A DNA stretch of 64,000 nucleotides from positions 34,164,001-34,228,000 of the forward strand of contig NC_045697.1 in assembly GCF_009834535.1 (NCBI RefSeq). Direction: 5' to 3'. The position numbers and the translations under genes were made by a program. The notes under the pieces were generated by a model, which saw nothing but the letters and a program-made list of their open reading frames with translations, did no database searches and had not been told where the DNA came from. How positions within the stretch are numbered: the first letter of the stretch is position 1; each line of letters begins with the position of its first letter. This stretch comes from Camelus ferus (taxonomy: Eukaryota). Shown here one piece after another: positions 27,690 through 41,089 of the stretch.

Positions 27690-27846
27690 GCAGTGGTTCT
27701 CAGAGTCTGGTCCTATGCCCAGCAGCACCCGCACTGCCTGCGAACATGTGAAACATGTAGATTCTTGAGCTCCAGCCCCGACCTGCTGAATCAAGACTCC
27801 AGGTGTGGTTCAGGGCATTCTGGTGCGTGCTGGAGTTTGACAGCCA
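27690..27846. mobile_element. MER5A-like DNA transposon remnant
   Basis: cagtggttctcagagtctggtcc...ccccgacctgctgaatcaagactc...gagtttga. Confidence 0.75.
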
Positions 27847-30271
27847 AAAAAAGAGCGTCTTGAAATGACGTTTTTCTTTTTAAGACAAGTGAGCTCACGT
27901 ATATATTTCAAGTTGTTTGTTGGCTGGTGATGACCTCAGACATTTTAAAATACTAACCAGGTCCAAGGAAATTCATTATCCTGTATTTACCTTTGGTAAT
28001 CTGCCCTGCTACGAGCTTCATTATTAAGCATTCATTAAGGGATATGTCATTTTAGGTACGCTCTCTTACCAGATGACTTCAGTTTTTCATATCATCTAGA
28101 AAAAATAGACTACAGTTAGAAATAATTTAATCCTAAATGATTGTATTTGATTATTTAAAATTTTATATGTAAATAGTATTGTACAGTCAAAAATTGCATG
28201 CCCTGGGTTCTGAAACCTCTTGGACCTTTTGTTTCTTCCTCTGAAAAATGGAAATGAAACTCCACACCAAGTTGTGAAATTTAAATAACATGTGAAATGT
28301 ATTTCATGAACAGTAACAATCATTACAGAAGTGTTAGCATTGCTTAGAGAACAAGTACTTAGTTCATATTTATTTACATTTATTTCTGAAGTTAAATGAT
28401 TTTATGCTTAAAATTGATAGCTTGTAGACTTCAGAACATTTTCATTATTGTCAATTTTTTAGCTTCTGTGAGTGAAAGGAATATTGGATCATATAGCATC
28501 ATGCAGACCTAGTGCTGAGGGCAGCATTAGACTGTTTCATAGCTATTAATTACAGCTTGTTTCTTCAAAAAGTTTAATTAAAAAAATTATGAATCAGTAC
28601 ATTTTCACTGTAACAAAGAATAGGAAGAAAAGTTAAGTCTCTTCCGATTCCCTTTTTATTCCCATCTTAAGATAACCAGTATTTGTAGCCTCATGTGAAT
28701 TGTTCCATACTTTTATCCATATTGTTGCAAAGGTGTATAAATGTACGCATATCCAGGCAGTTTGTGTTAAGTGAAGTAAGTCCAGGCCAGGCCAGTTGTA
28801 GATTCAACAACGCAGTAAGAAATTGAACTTAGACCTGTGAATCTGTAGTACAGTGAGATGGCCCTTGGTTACTAATCACTAGACCCTGATCTGATGTGGC
28901 CCCCTCTTCCAGCCTAAGAATTTGAAAAGGCAGTGGGCTTGTGTTCCAGGCTTTTGTGACCCAGCAGCCTCGTCATTCCCTCACAGCTGACAAAAGTACT
29001 AAACGATCTTCATGAGGAACCAGGCAGGTGATGGGAGCTGTACCCACTCACTTGTGTCCTAGATCTTTGCACATCTTGTTTACTGATTAGGCAGTAAATC
29101 AAAGGGAAACTTAGACTGTGTCCAAGTTCCCATTTTCCCCAGTCTTTGAACCCAGGTCAGTCATTCCGGTCTGTTCCTCAATTCATTTTTACAAATATTG
29201 GATCATTATATTTATATTTCTCTGCCATTTGTTTTGTTTTATGTTTTGCTTCAATACATAATAGTCATCAGTCCAGGTCAGTGGTTGGAAAGATGACATT
29301 TTTAATAGATGCATAATAGTCCATCATGTGGCTAATGTTATAATTTAGTCAGCTGTTCTCCAGTTGAAAGATGTTCACGATACTTCCAGGTGGTTGTTAG
29401 TACCCCCAAATAAAACAACTATAATATACATTCTCGTACATTTACTTATGGGTCAGACTCCCCAGAGTGGAATTGCTGTATCAATAGCTATAAGTATTTT
29501 AAATTTTAAGGGATACTGTCAATTTTTTGAGGGGGAGTGGAAGATTGTAGCAATTCACACTCCCTTTGCCAGAGGGTTTGTTTCTCCCTTTCCTCATCAG
29601 CACTGGTTATAGTTATTCATTTTAATGTTTATGAATAGTATGGATAAAAGCAGATGTCTCCATGATAGCTTCAGTTTACAACCCTCTGGTGACGAGTGAA
29701 GCTGAATGTCTCTTCATATCAATTGGCCCTTTGAATTTCCTCTTTTGAGACTTGCTTATTCATCTTCTTTGCCCAATTTTATTGGGCTTTTCATTTTTTT
29801 CTTATAAACTTGTATGAATAATTTGGATATTAGGAATATTAAGAGTTTGCTAGTTACTATGAGCTGCATTTGTCTCTTGATTTTTTTTTTATGACTTGTA
29901 CCATATAAGATAAATAAATGAATAAATTGTCTTTCCTCACTTCTTAGGAAAGTTTTTCCCAGCTAACAATAATAAAATATTCTAAATTTTCTTTTGGTAA
30001 CTTTACTGTGATTTTTACATCTAAGATTTTAATCTATCTTGAGATTTGTTTCTTAATTTAAAATTTATTAAATTTTAAAAATTCACTAAAATATTTTAAT
30101 ACAAATCTATTTTTAATGTAGAAAGTTAGGAATTTTGCTTTCTTGTTTCCAAGATGGATGACCATTTATTCCAGAGTTAGTAAACAAATTACCATTTTCC
30201 CACTGAATTGAAATTCCACTTTTGCTATGTATTATCTTCCTATTTATACAGGGATCTACTTTTGGACCTTC

Positions 30272-30575
30272 TGCATTAGTTTTCTATAAATGACCACAAA
30301 TTTCTGGCTTAAAACAACCCTAGCTCATTACTGTATTGTTCTGTAGATCAGAAGTCCAGGTCCAGTGAGACTGAGTGTTTCACTCACCTCCTCAAAGACT
30401 GAGATTAGGGTGTCATCCAGACTGAGTTCTCTGAAAACGCTGGGGAGGAATCCACTTCCAACCCTATTCAGATTGTTGGCAGAATTCAGCTCCTTGCGAT
30501 TGTAGGACCTAGGTCGCCATTTCCTTGCTGGCTGTCGGTTGAAGATGCTGTCAACCCCTCAAGACCATGAGCAGC
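30272..30575 (-). mobile_element. MLT1 (MaLR) LTR fragment
   Basis: tgcattagttttcta...ccacaaatttctggcttaaaacaac...gttggcagaattcagctccttg; similar to 60134-60768. Confidence 0.75.
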
Positions 30576-32579
30576 CATTCTTTTGAGTTGCATTTCATTT
30601 GCTAAATTTTATTGAGTTTTTCCATCAATATTCACAAGTAAAATTAGTTTATAATTTTCTTGTGGCAGTTATAAAGAAGTTCATACATACATATTTTTAG
30701 TACATACAGATATTTATATAATGATTATTGCAATAAAGCATTTTTTCTACCATATAATTGCCTTGCTGTGAAATAGTATTGCAAATTGGGTGTGTGTAGC
30801 ATTTAGTTTGTATTAATCTCATATCCAGTCCCTCTCTCCTAGTGTTAACATGTATTAAAAATCTTGATCTTTAGGATCTATGGTCATATTAATTAACTTT
30901 AAAATTCTAGATAAAATGCTAATGTCAGTTCCTTAAAGCAAGATGTCCAGAGTCAGGTGGCTTTTGACACTGCATTTCTGGATAAAATTAGGCTTCGAGT
31001 GGCCATGCTGAGCCCAGGAACATGCAGTCTTCTTAGCACAGTTAATCTTTAATGGTATTTTTCCATCACTAACCAACAGCCAGTTTGTTATAATCCAAAT
31101 TTTCACATAGTAGTAGTTTGTTCTTAAACTAAAGATGAAGTTAGGAATGGAGACTTCAATAAAACCTGTGTAAACTATAGCTTTGTTCTTTCTCCCTATC
31201 TTTAAGGACTCACTTAGGACTAATGTATCCAGATCTAAAATATTCTTTCTTGTTCTAACTGATAAGAATTGATCTTTAAGCCCTTAGTTCTTGGTATGTT
31301 AAAATTTTTTTTGTGTGAATTTTCAAGGCAGGGTTTCAACCACTGACAGAGTATCAGGTCAAATAAAGCATGGGACAGTTTGGTTTATTAGCAGAAAACC
31401 ATGGCAAATCAGCTCTTCGAGGAATGGGTTAAATCTTAGAGTAAATGAATGATGTTCTTGAAAGATCCTAAAAATGCTTCACAGTAAGTTAGAGCTTTTG
31501 TCTACGAAGTTGCTCTCTTTACCCCGGGAACCATCGGGGCGGGGCGAGTGGTATTGCTCTGCTCAGCTGGTTGGTTGCCTGGCAGGCTCTCCAGTTCAGT
31601 GGAGGGCAACCTTGCTAAAGCTGCATGTGACCAGGTGGTTGAGTGTGAGCTACATACGGTTTGAGAAATTAAACATAGATGAGTAACTGAGCATAGTTGT
31701 TAGTATCAGTACTGTGCATACCAATTCTCAATGGATACTCATGAATAAATCCTGGGTTTGAGAGAAAAATGTCCCAGATAACCACCACAGCTGCTAATCT
31801 TTACTTAGAACTTACTAGGGTTCACACACTGCTCTAAGGGCTTTACATATATTAACTCACTTAATCCTGACAACAACCCTTTGATCAAGGCTAGCTGGCA
31901 AGTGGAGGTGGCGAGAATTGATGTCGGCATCTGGCTGGCTCCTGAGTCTCTGCTCTGAATCACTGTTTACTATTTATTGACCTTATAAATTTATATCCAG
32001 TAGGAAAGGAAATAATGATTTTCTGAAAGAGTCCTTCAGGCCCGGAGAAGCAGATTCCTTCTGTTAATAAAGGTCAAATGATGCAATCACAAGCTGAAAG
32101 TGATTGCTTCTGTCTTCTCAAACTTTGATCTTTTCGTTTTGCTTCGAATGGAAGGGAAGCCAGGCTGAGCTGTGAAAGAGGAAACGGGCTGTTTTTGTTT
32201 CCATTTCCCACACTACTTGCTGCTGCTTTTCTGTAAAATTCAATGATCAGCTGCCGCATGTTGATCATCTCACTTTGGCCAAGCATTAGACTCCGTGGAG
32301 TCTGGAAAGGACTTAGCCGTGTTCCCTGACCTTAAGAACGAAGCCACCCGCCGCGCCTTGTAGCAGGTACAGTGACGGCACCGTGCTCGGGACTGTAACG
32401 GGCACAGAGAAGGGAATGCTTTACTGTGTCTCCTGTGTCACTCCTTTTCAGTCTCCCCCACTCTGAGGTAAAGCTAGAACAGTCTAGAGGATGAATAGGG
32501 GCTGGCATGGTGAATGGGTGTATGATTGACCAGCCTTCCAGAAGGAGGGAGCAGCATTTGCAAAGGTTCAAGGTACAGG

Positions 32580-32745
32580 TTATACCTGGCAATCTCCTTA
32601 ATAAGTCACCTGGGTGCTTATTAAATTCCACCTTCATGGGCCCCATTCTGTATCCTCTGAATCAGACTCTCCAGAGGAGGAGCCTAGGGGACTGTGATTA
32701 ACAGGAGCCCTAGGGGGTTCTTGTCAGGGGGAGCTTGGAAAACAT
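32580..32745. mobile_element. MER5-like remnant
   Basis: gtcacctgggtgcttattaaa...ctgaatcagactctccag...gagcttggaaaac. Confidence 0.55.
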
Positions 32746-35211
32746 CACACAGGTGGCATACGGTTTGTTCATGAGCATAGAATGAATTTCGGGGAGAGTG
32801 GCTGAAGATGAGATCAGGTGGTATGAAGGTCATTTTATGTCGTGCCTATCTTTGGGGATTGTTTGAATTTCTATTTGTAGCCTACTTAACACTGCTTGCT
32901 TCTCAAGTATCAACAGAAATGTTGAACGAAGCATTTACTTTAGACTTGGACAACTTTATTTAATTTGCAAGCAATGTATCGAAAGTTTGGACTTCAGCCC
33001 AATTTACAGGGTTTCCAACCTTGACTTATTTATGCTGAGAAACAGCCAAGGAGGAGAGTGGGGAACAGAATTAACATTGTTTATCTCCATTGTGCCCCAT
33101 GACTCATAAAGGTGTCTCATCTCATGCGTTGGCAAGCTGAGGCCAAGAGGTTAATTATGTCGGCCACAGAGCTATTAAGTGATGCAACTGATCACTGGGT
33201 CGATAGAGCAGAAGGAATTGATTTGTCCAAAACTGGTGATCAGAGGGCTCACTCACTCACTTAAAATAGGTGAACTGGAAAATGCAGGGTTTAGGTCGGG
33301 GTATAGTGAAAAAGCTTCTGACGTTTGTTACCATGTTAACATAAATATGTGCCCAATATTCTGTATTTTTTTCTTTTAAAAGAAGCTAATTTTCAGTATT
33401 TCATGTGAATTTATCTCCATTTAAAAATTTTTGTCCTATATTCAAACAATTTAAAACAATATGTTTGCCAACACTGTGATGCCCAGCACATCACTGGGTA
33501 GAATTTCGCTTAAGGGCTGCTGGTGTGTGATTCTAGATGAAATAATCCCTAAAGGCTATGCTTTAACATGTCATGGTTCTTGCTGATTCGTGATGAGGTA
33601 TGATTTACTGTGATTTGCCTTCCTTTCATATCTTAAAGAAATGGTTCTCGAATATTTATGTAGAAGATTAATAACAGAGCCGTCTCTAAGTATCAGTATA
33701 CTTTTAACTTTGCTAGGGGAATGTGGAAGGATGAAAAGGCCACTTGCTTCTGGCTTCTTGCTACTGGGAAAAGGGTTGCCCTCCCCTGAGCCTTCCAGTC
33801 CAACTGCTGTTTTTCGGTGCCTTTCTGCCGTAAGAGGAGCTCAAAGTGGATCCGTCCACTTGTGTGTACACTTTCAACCCATGTGGAGCCACATGCAACC
33901 AGTGTCTTTCCAAAGGATGTAGAGCAGCAAACTGATGGACCTTGAAAACAATTCAGTACAGCTTGGCCAGTATTAAAATGAGAGAGGCTGAAAAAGAGAA
34001 TTGAGTAGAAGGAAGATGGCATGCCTTGCAAGTAGGAAGGGTAAGAATTGCTTTGTGGAACTTTTGTTTCAGGTCTTTGTGTGTATGTGTATCCTGTGTT
34101 CCAGGTTGCATCATAGAATGTATTTCCCACCGACCTGACAGTTAACTAATTTTGAAAGCGCTGAGCTAGAGTAACTAAGTAGATCCCTGGTCAGTCCTTC
34201 TCAGTCTAAGATGGTATAAATTCTAGGCTGGAAATTTCAGAGGATGTTTACCACGTATTGATTACCCATGCACGTGGTCTTTTTTCTTCAGTCCCTTGAA
34301 AACACTAACAGATTATCATGTGTAGATCAGTCCTTTGATGAAGCATCAGTTTTCAGGAAAGAGCGGCAGTGCTGAACAGAGGGAGAGTCATTACAAGATG
34401 GTGAGCTGCATGGCCTTGGAGAGCAGGATGAGACTGTGGCTGAGGGAGGATGCCGAGCAGGGCAGTGAGCCAGCCCCAACTCTGTCTCCACTGAAATTCC
34501 TTGAGAATGCAAAGTGGGAAGGGAGAAGACAATGTGTGAGTGAACAGAGCACCTAATGCAAGTTTACAGGCATTGAAAAGGCACAGGGGAAGGTGGACCT
34601 ACGAATACTTCGGCAATGAAATGTTTTCCATTTGTACATTTGCCTCTTTGGAACTGAGTGAATGGAGAAAGATAAGGTTCTTGAGTAGGTTTGTGAAATG
34701 AAAAGCTGATTGTTTTTGTGAGCCAGTGAGGATTTTTGCTAGTGTGAGTTTGTTGGATACACCATGAATGACCTGAAGTCAACACCTCCCACGTACAAAT
34801 CATTTCTAAGTTTGTGTTCTCAAGAAGTTGTATTACAGAATTTAAAAATCTAAGTAGAATCTAGATTGCTGTATGAGATTGTGGATTCTAGAGGGATACA
34901 TACTCCTATGTCTTAATAAGAATTTAATTGCAAATGAGAACTCTTTTAAAAAGTTTCCAGAAATAAAATAAAATTGTATTAATTTCAGCCTTCTATAAAA
35001 GAGGAGGTTTGTCATAATGGTCACCTGATGGGATGAAATGCGTGAAAAGCACATAGTGCTCATGTTAAGTATTTTACAGTATCCGTTGATTCACTGGTAA
35101 AGCACTATCTTGTGTGCTTACTCTGGGGGGAGATTTCTGGATATTTTATGACCTACTTTAGTAACTCAAGCTCTCATTACTAGTTATAGGTTATGAAGCT
35201 GTTTTTACATA

Positions 35212-35435
35212 CAGTTGACCCTTGAACAATGCAGATTTGAACTGCAGAGATCCACTTATACTGGGATTTCTTTCAATAGTAAATATTACGGTGCCATCGG
35301 ATCCCAGTTGATTGAATCTGCAGATGCATAGGAACTGTGGAAATGGAGGGCCAAGTACCAGTTATGGGTGGATTTTCTCCTCTGAGGAGGGTGGGCACCC
35401 CTGAACAACACCCCATGTTGTTCAAAGGTCTACTG
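35212..35435. mobile_element. Tigger-derived MITE (MER8-like, TcMar) with TIRs and TA TSD
   Basis: TIRs cagttgacccttgaacaa and ttgttcaaaggtctactg (16/18 complementary); TA at 35210-35211 and 35436-35437. Confidence 0.88.
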
Positions 35436-36235
35436 TATTGGAGTGAACTGGAGTGAATACTAGGCTTTTTGAATTACTTCAGAGATAGATTTTTTTTTTA
35501 AATTATATTGAAGTGATAGGGTTGTTTTGGCCAATCAATGTGTATCGCTATCTGTGAGCAGATAAATTTGAGAGAGCAAACTCCAAAGGACAGAGACCTG
35601 ATAAGGATAGAACCTTTTTTGCCTTGGTTCCGTCACTGGTATAGAAGTGCTAAGACTGACTTCATGGATGTTTTCTCTCGCTGATGACAGAGGCTGCGTG
35701 TTGTGAGTCCAGTGTCCAGACAGACACCGTTGGCGGCCATTGTGTTCTTCCTATTAAAAGTGACTTTCTGCCTCTTCCTTGTTTTTCTTACTTTACTTTA
35801 GATCATATAAGTTTTAAAGCTCTGATGGACTCTTGTAAGATTATTATTTGGACTCAGCTTATTTTCTGTAAATACAGTGATAAAGTGATGCTACGTGACT
35901 GTGATCTCTTGGCTGCTCCAGGACCAGTATAGAGGAGACAAGTGTATGGCCTAAATGGATTATTAAAAAATATTGATTGACTAGAATTACGAGACTAAGA
36001 CAAGATCTTCCAGTGCTGCTAGGTAATGATGTATGACTCATGATCCATGAAAGCTGGTTACAATCTTAATGTCCTTAGGGGAAAACTGTTCATTTCTGAT
36101 TAGTTTAACTACTTTAGAGAAAATAATCAATAGACATGTTATAAACTTAGAATGAAGCTTAGGGAGGAAACAAACTTAAATAATTTGCCCAGACTGCTTC
36201 AGTACCTTGAACACTATTTTGCACCTGAAATTACA

Positions 36236-36320
36236 TTTTTTTTTTTGAAGTATAGTTGATTTACAATGTTGTGTTAGTTTCTGGTGTACAGCATAGTGAT
36301 TCAGATGTATATATACGTTA
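36236..36320 (-). mobile_element. Very short L1 3' end
   Basis: Poly-T followed by gaagtatagttgatttacaatgttgtgttagtttctggtgtacagcatagtgattcag. Confidence 0.8.
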
Positions 36321-36620
36321 TGAGTGGCCTTTTAGGTGCTCTCTCGTCACTTAGGTAACCAGGTAATCAGCCCACGGGGGCAGATGGTGTATGCTTTATT
36401 TTGTAAAGATTTCGTTAAAATGGAGGTCCAATGACTGGCTTTACTTTCACATTTATACCTTGGACCATTGGGTCATTTGTTTACTGAGTATAGAAAAAAA
36501 TGAATTTTATTATCATTACTCTTTTCAAGACTTTCTGGAGGCTAACGAGGAGTGTTTTAGTGGGATTTTCTTTGTTTTGCTAGATCACCGACACAGCGTG
36601 GATCTCGCCACGTTTTGGAC

Positions 36621-36910
36621 ATGACTGAGCTTCTCCAATGGGCCAGATATCACTGGCAGCGGCTGGTCGGTGGGACACCCAGGGAGGACGGTGAGAGGCC
36701 GTACAACTATTTCTCTCTGCTTGCCTGCGGGGGCAAGCCCTCTCGGACCCCCAGAGTGGCGGGAAAGCACCGGGTGGTTGTCCCCCACCTCTGGCCCTTC
36801 AAGGACGAGTATGAAAAGTTTTCTGGAACCTACGTGAATAACAGAATACGGACAACAAAGTACACCCTTCTGAATTTTGTGCCAAGAAATTTGTTTGAAC
36901 AATTTCACAG
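36621..36910 (+). CDS. ATP10D: ATP10D coding exon 2 (exon starts 36584, ATG 36621), N-terminal cytosolic region
   Basis: Acceptor ttttgctag|at; MTELLQWARYHWQRL...NNRIRTTKYTLLNFVPRNLFEQFHR (P4-ATPase N-terminal motif); donor CAG|gtactt; 290 nt, ends phase 2. Confidence 0.96.
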
Positions 36911-39075
36911 GTACTTTTATTTTTTGGAAAAAAAATAGAATGTCTTTGTCATTCTAGTTGGTATATAAGATTTTTCATTTTCGTAATATTATATTTGCCC
37001 TAAGCCTAAAGCTTACGGTGTTATCTTTGACGATTCTGGTGGAATCTGTTGTGAAACAACGACCCCTTACATTCACAGCACTTTATAATGAGTAAGATGC
37101 TTTCTCTTGATGAGAGAGATACTGTTTTCCTTGCATTACAGATTGGGAAACCAAGTTAGACGCTGTGGTTTAGCCAGTGGTGAGAAGGACGAGCCTTGAG
37201 TCTTCTTGCTCTTGCTTTTGTGTTCTTTCCATGAAACCATGCTGTGTTTTGATTTTAGCCTTTTCTTCTTGATAATAGGGGGAAACAGCTCTGAAGCAAA
37301 CCAGACGTAAACTGTTATTAGGTGAAACAGCAACGTAATTCAGTTTACTATGTTTATTGAAGCCATCCTGTAAGTTCAGGCACTGAAGGAAATGCAGGTC
37401 TAAATGGTGCTTCTTTGCTTATGGAGTTTTATATTTAGCACAGGAAACAAGATTTGAATACAAACGATGAAAAGACATAGTGGATGTGTTGAGTGTTATA
37501 AGCTACCAGCTAGTAGGGAAGCCTCGAAAAGAGGAATAATACTATTAGCTAGAGCTGTAGCAGGGAAGTGGCATTTGAACTTAATTATGAAGGGTGAGAT
37601 ATTCAAGGCAGAGTTGTCTGCAAAGCACGCTTCAGATGGAGGAAGGAAGGAATATGGGTAAAAGCAGAATGGCAGTAGCCGAGATTTGCTGGAGGCCTGG
37701 GAAGTGGTCCTCTCTGCTAACACAGTTAGAGGCCAACTGAAGGCAGAGAGAACATTTAGGAAGATGCTGCATATATCCTGGTGAGTTGTAATGGAGACCT
37801 GGACTCAGAACAATGTGGGAGGGAAAAGAAGGGCCATCTATTACGGATACTATGGGTTAGATGTAGGGAATTAAGTGAAAGGAGTAAAAGATGATGTGAA
37901 CAGGTTGAGCTGTGATGACCAGGAGGATTAACAGAAAAAGTAAAGGCAGGAGTCAAAAGAAGCTTGACTGGAAGATTGTTTTGTTTCGGGAAATGTTGAG
38001 TTTGAGCTGCTAATGTGAGTATAGAGATTCTCTGCATTCATTGTTCATTCCACGTATCTTCCTCCTCATTTTTCATACTATGTTCATCCATATACATTTA
38101 TTGAACAGGGAATATGCTTAAAATACAGATGTGAACTTGTTGAATTAATGGCTTTAAATGCTGTGGGTGTTTCTGTCTTGTATGGAGTTTGTAATCTAGT
38201 GCACTTGATGGAATTAGGATGTGGAACTTGAACAAAGTTCAGTGCCCAGCACTATAGAGTTGGATGCAGTTAACATGGAAATAATTGAAGCCACAGAAGT
38301 AGCAAAAAGGGCTAAGAAAAAGATGTCAGCGTGAAAGGAATTGGAGATAAGGAAGGAGAAGTGTGCATAGATTATTTTGAGAAGTTTGATCAATGGGAAA
38401 AATAAGTGATACAAATTCAAGGGTCATGCAGGTTTGAGATTTCCTTTATTTCTTGTAAGGAAAGAGGCTGTTTGAATTTATCTTGGGGGCAGTGGAGAAA
38501 TATTTGAATATTTAAAATAGAGGAATAGAAGTTCCTTAAAAAGTGGTTCTGAATAGCAGAGTTGGTCTCAGGGGGAAGTAAACTCTCAGTTTTTTCTACT
38601 TATTTTGAGCCTTGTTTGAATGTAATATTTGGACAAACAAATTAACTTCTGAAAGTGAGAGGTGGTTATTGGTTTTTTTGTTGTTGGTTCTGTCTTCTGT
38701 TTCTACAGTACGTCAATTCTGAATTCCCTTCAGTTTTTTGAACTTTTCAAAAAGAAAAGAATACTTCCTATTGTGCTTTATGTGTTATGCTTTATATTAT
38801 AGTGTTATACAACTCACAACTGTCACACGCCAATATTTACTATTATATATTTAATAAATACGACCTCACATTTGTTAAAGTACCCCCAAGCCAGGTGGCT
38901 ACAGGGGTAATGAATTGTTCATTCAGATTTGTTAGATTTTGCTGGTTCTCTCGGTTTAATAGCATCCAGAATTGACTGATAGAAACTTGTCGGTGGACCG
39001 TAAGGTGTTTTGCCTCTTTTGCTCCAGGCTTTGATGTGATTTGTTAACCCCTTGTTGTGTGTGTTTGGGTTGCAG

Positions 39076-39270
39076 AGCCGCCAATTTGTATTTCCTGTTT
39101 CTAGTTGTCCTGAACTGGGTGCCTCTGGTAGAAGCCTTCCAAAAGGAAATTACGATGCTGCCTCTGGTGGTTGTCCTTACAATTATTGCAATTAAAGATG
39201 GCTTGGAAGATTACCGAAAATACAAAATTGACAAACAGATCAACAATTTAGTGACTAAAGTTTACAGTAG
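39076..39270 (+). CDS. ATP10D: ATP10D exon 3, TM1-TM2
   Basis: ttgcag|A GCC GCC AAT; AANLYFLFLVVLNWVPLVEAFQKEITMLPLVVVLTIIAIKDGLEDYRKYKIDKQINNLVTKVYSR; donor TAG|gtaagt; 195 nt. Confidence 0.97.
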
Positions 39271-40649
39271 GTAAGTGTAACAGGAGCTGTACTGGGGAAT
39301 AACATGTATCATTTAGAAATATGCAGAATGCTACTTTTTTCCCCCTTAGGTGTGACTAGAACCCTTTTGGGGGTGGGGTGGTATTTTCAATTAATATTAA
39401 TTGAAGTCCTACAGTGAATTCAATCCAGGCATTATAGGAAAACAAGTAATGGATATGCCATTGTCAACCCAGGAGCTGATAAAACCAAAGCTATAATTTA
39501 ACCATAAATGGGATTGAAAGAATTAAACTTCAAACTCTAAGAAGGAAAACAAGCAGATAGTTTTAATCCTAGATGCTACAATTTGGGATTAAGAAGAGGA
39601 TGGGGTATGGAAAATATGAATGGATATGAGAACAAGATGGGATATGAGAAAGAGAAGGCAAGTTTCCTGTTGAGGAAAAGAACTGTGAAAAATGGAGAAG
39701 AGTGCTCTTTTTTTGTGCACAGAAAGCTGGAGGCCTGTAAAACCCTTCCTGTTGCAAGAGCACCCGAGGGCATTCATAATAGGAGGTCTTTCCAGGAGCA
39801 TATCTGCTCTGCTGGAGACTTGTATCCCAGTATTTATGGCATAGCAAGCCTGTGTAGCCAAGAAGAAAGCCCATTCAGGTGAATTTTCAACCATGCTGTG
39901 TGTATCCGACCACATTTACAGATGTTACAATGCTAGTGTCCAGAGGCAGGTATTTCCAACACTGTGATGTATTCCTTCAAGTCATGTGCACGTTGTTTGT
40001 GGGAAGCAGGGGATGGTTTGAAAAACTGGGATTGTAGTACATATCTTGTTTTTTTCTAATTCCTTTAGCCTAATATTACACCATAAACACTTCCCATGTC
40101 TTTATCCTTTAAGAAAGTATTTTTAATAGCTGCAATGCCTATAATATGACTAAGGTAATTTAAACATTTCCCATATTTATATAATTTTGAGAATGTATGC
40201 TTCAATGAGGATTCTTATACAAAAGTGGTAAAGATCTATTATTATTTCTGCATTATAATTAGAAATGGAATTACTTGATCAAAGAGGGGGAATCTATTTC
40301 AGTCCTTATTTGTGTGGCTTTTATGAAAATGAATTACAAAGTTTATAATGTTAATTCTCTGGAGTGCCCTTTCATGAAAAGTGTATCCGCTTCTTTAAAA
40401 AGTCATTATTGGAATAGATTCGTGGAATTCTTAATCTAATATGTTAACTGCTTTACAAAGAGTTTTTGGTGTCGCTTTTTTCCATTTGAGAGTTTGGAAG
40501 GTTTATGGAGTACTCTGGGGTTAGTGAGTATGTTCACTTGGCCTGAGGGGAGTAACCAAGTAAAGGGACAGTAATGAGAAATAAAAAGTTAGAGAGGGAG
40601 TTGGAGGCCTCCTGTGGAGGGACTTCATCACCAGGCTGCTGCTTAGACA

Positions 40650-41089
40650 TTGAATGAAAGAGTTCTGCAGAGAAACAGAATGAATAGGAATAAGATTTAT
40701 TATAAGGAATTGGCCCATGGGATTACAGGAGCCCAAGAAGTCCCACTGTCTTCCATCTGCAAGCCGGAGTCCCCGAAAGGCCAGAGAGCCAATGGTATAG
40801 ATCCTGGTCCAGGTCTGAAGACCTGAGAACCAGGAGTGTTGAGGGCAGAAGATCAGTGTCCCAACTCAGTCAGTCAGATAGAGTGAATTCTTTCACCTTT
40901 CTGTTCTATCCACGCCCTCAGCAGATTGGATGATACCCACTGGGGAGGGCCACCTGCTTTACTCAGTTCAGCAATTCAAATGCTAATCTCTCCCAGAAAC
41001 ATACACAGACTTACCCAGATAGAATGTTGGACCAGATATCTGGGCATCCCGTGGCCCAGTGAAGATGGCTTATAAAATTAACTGTCGCG
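40650..41089 (-). mobile_element. MLT2-type LTR, antisense in intron 3
   Basis: gttctgcagagaaacagaa...gaattggcccatg...ccagatatctgggcatcccgtggcccagtgaagatgg...aaaattaac; the reverse complement resembles the 3793 LTR. Confidence 0.8.

Noticed and set aside
35212..35435. Long fold-back structure as an ncRNA
   Set aside because: Fully explained by the terminal inverted repeats of a Tigger-derived MITE.
36911..36938. In-frame read-through past the exon 2 donor giving a short truncated protein
   Set aside because: Ordinary ORF run-on into the intron. The donor at 36911 is in phase with exon 3, and there is no evidence of intronic polyadenylation.
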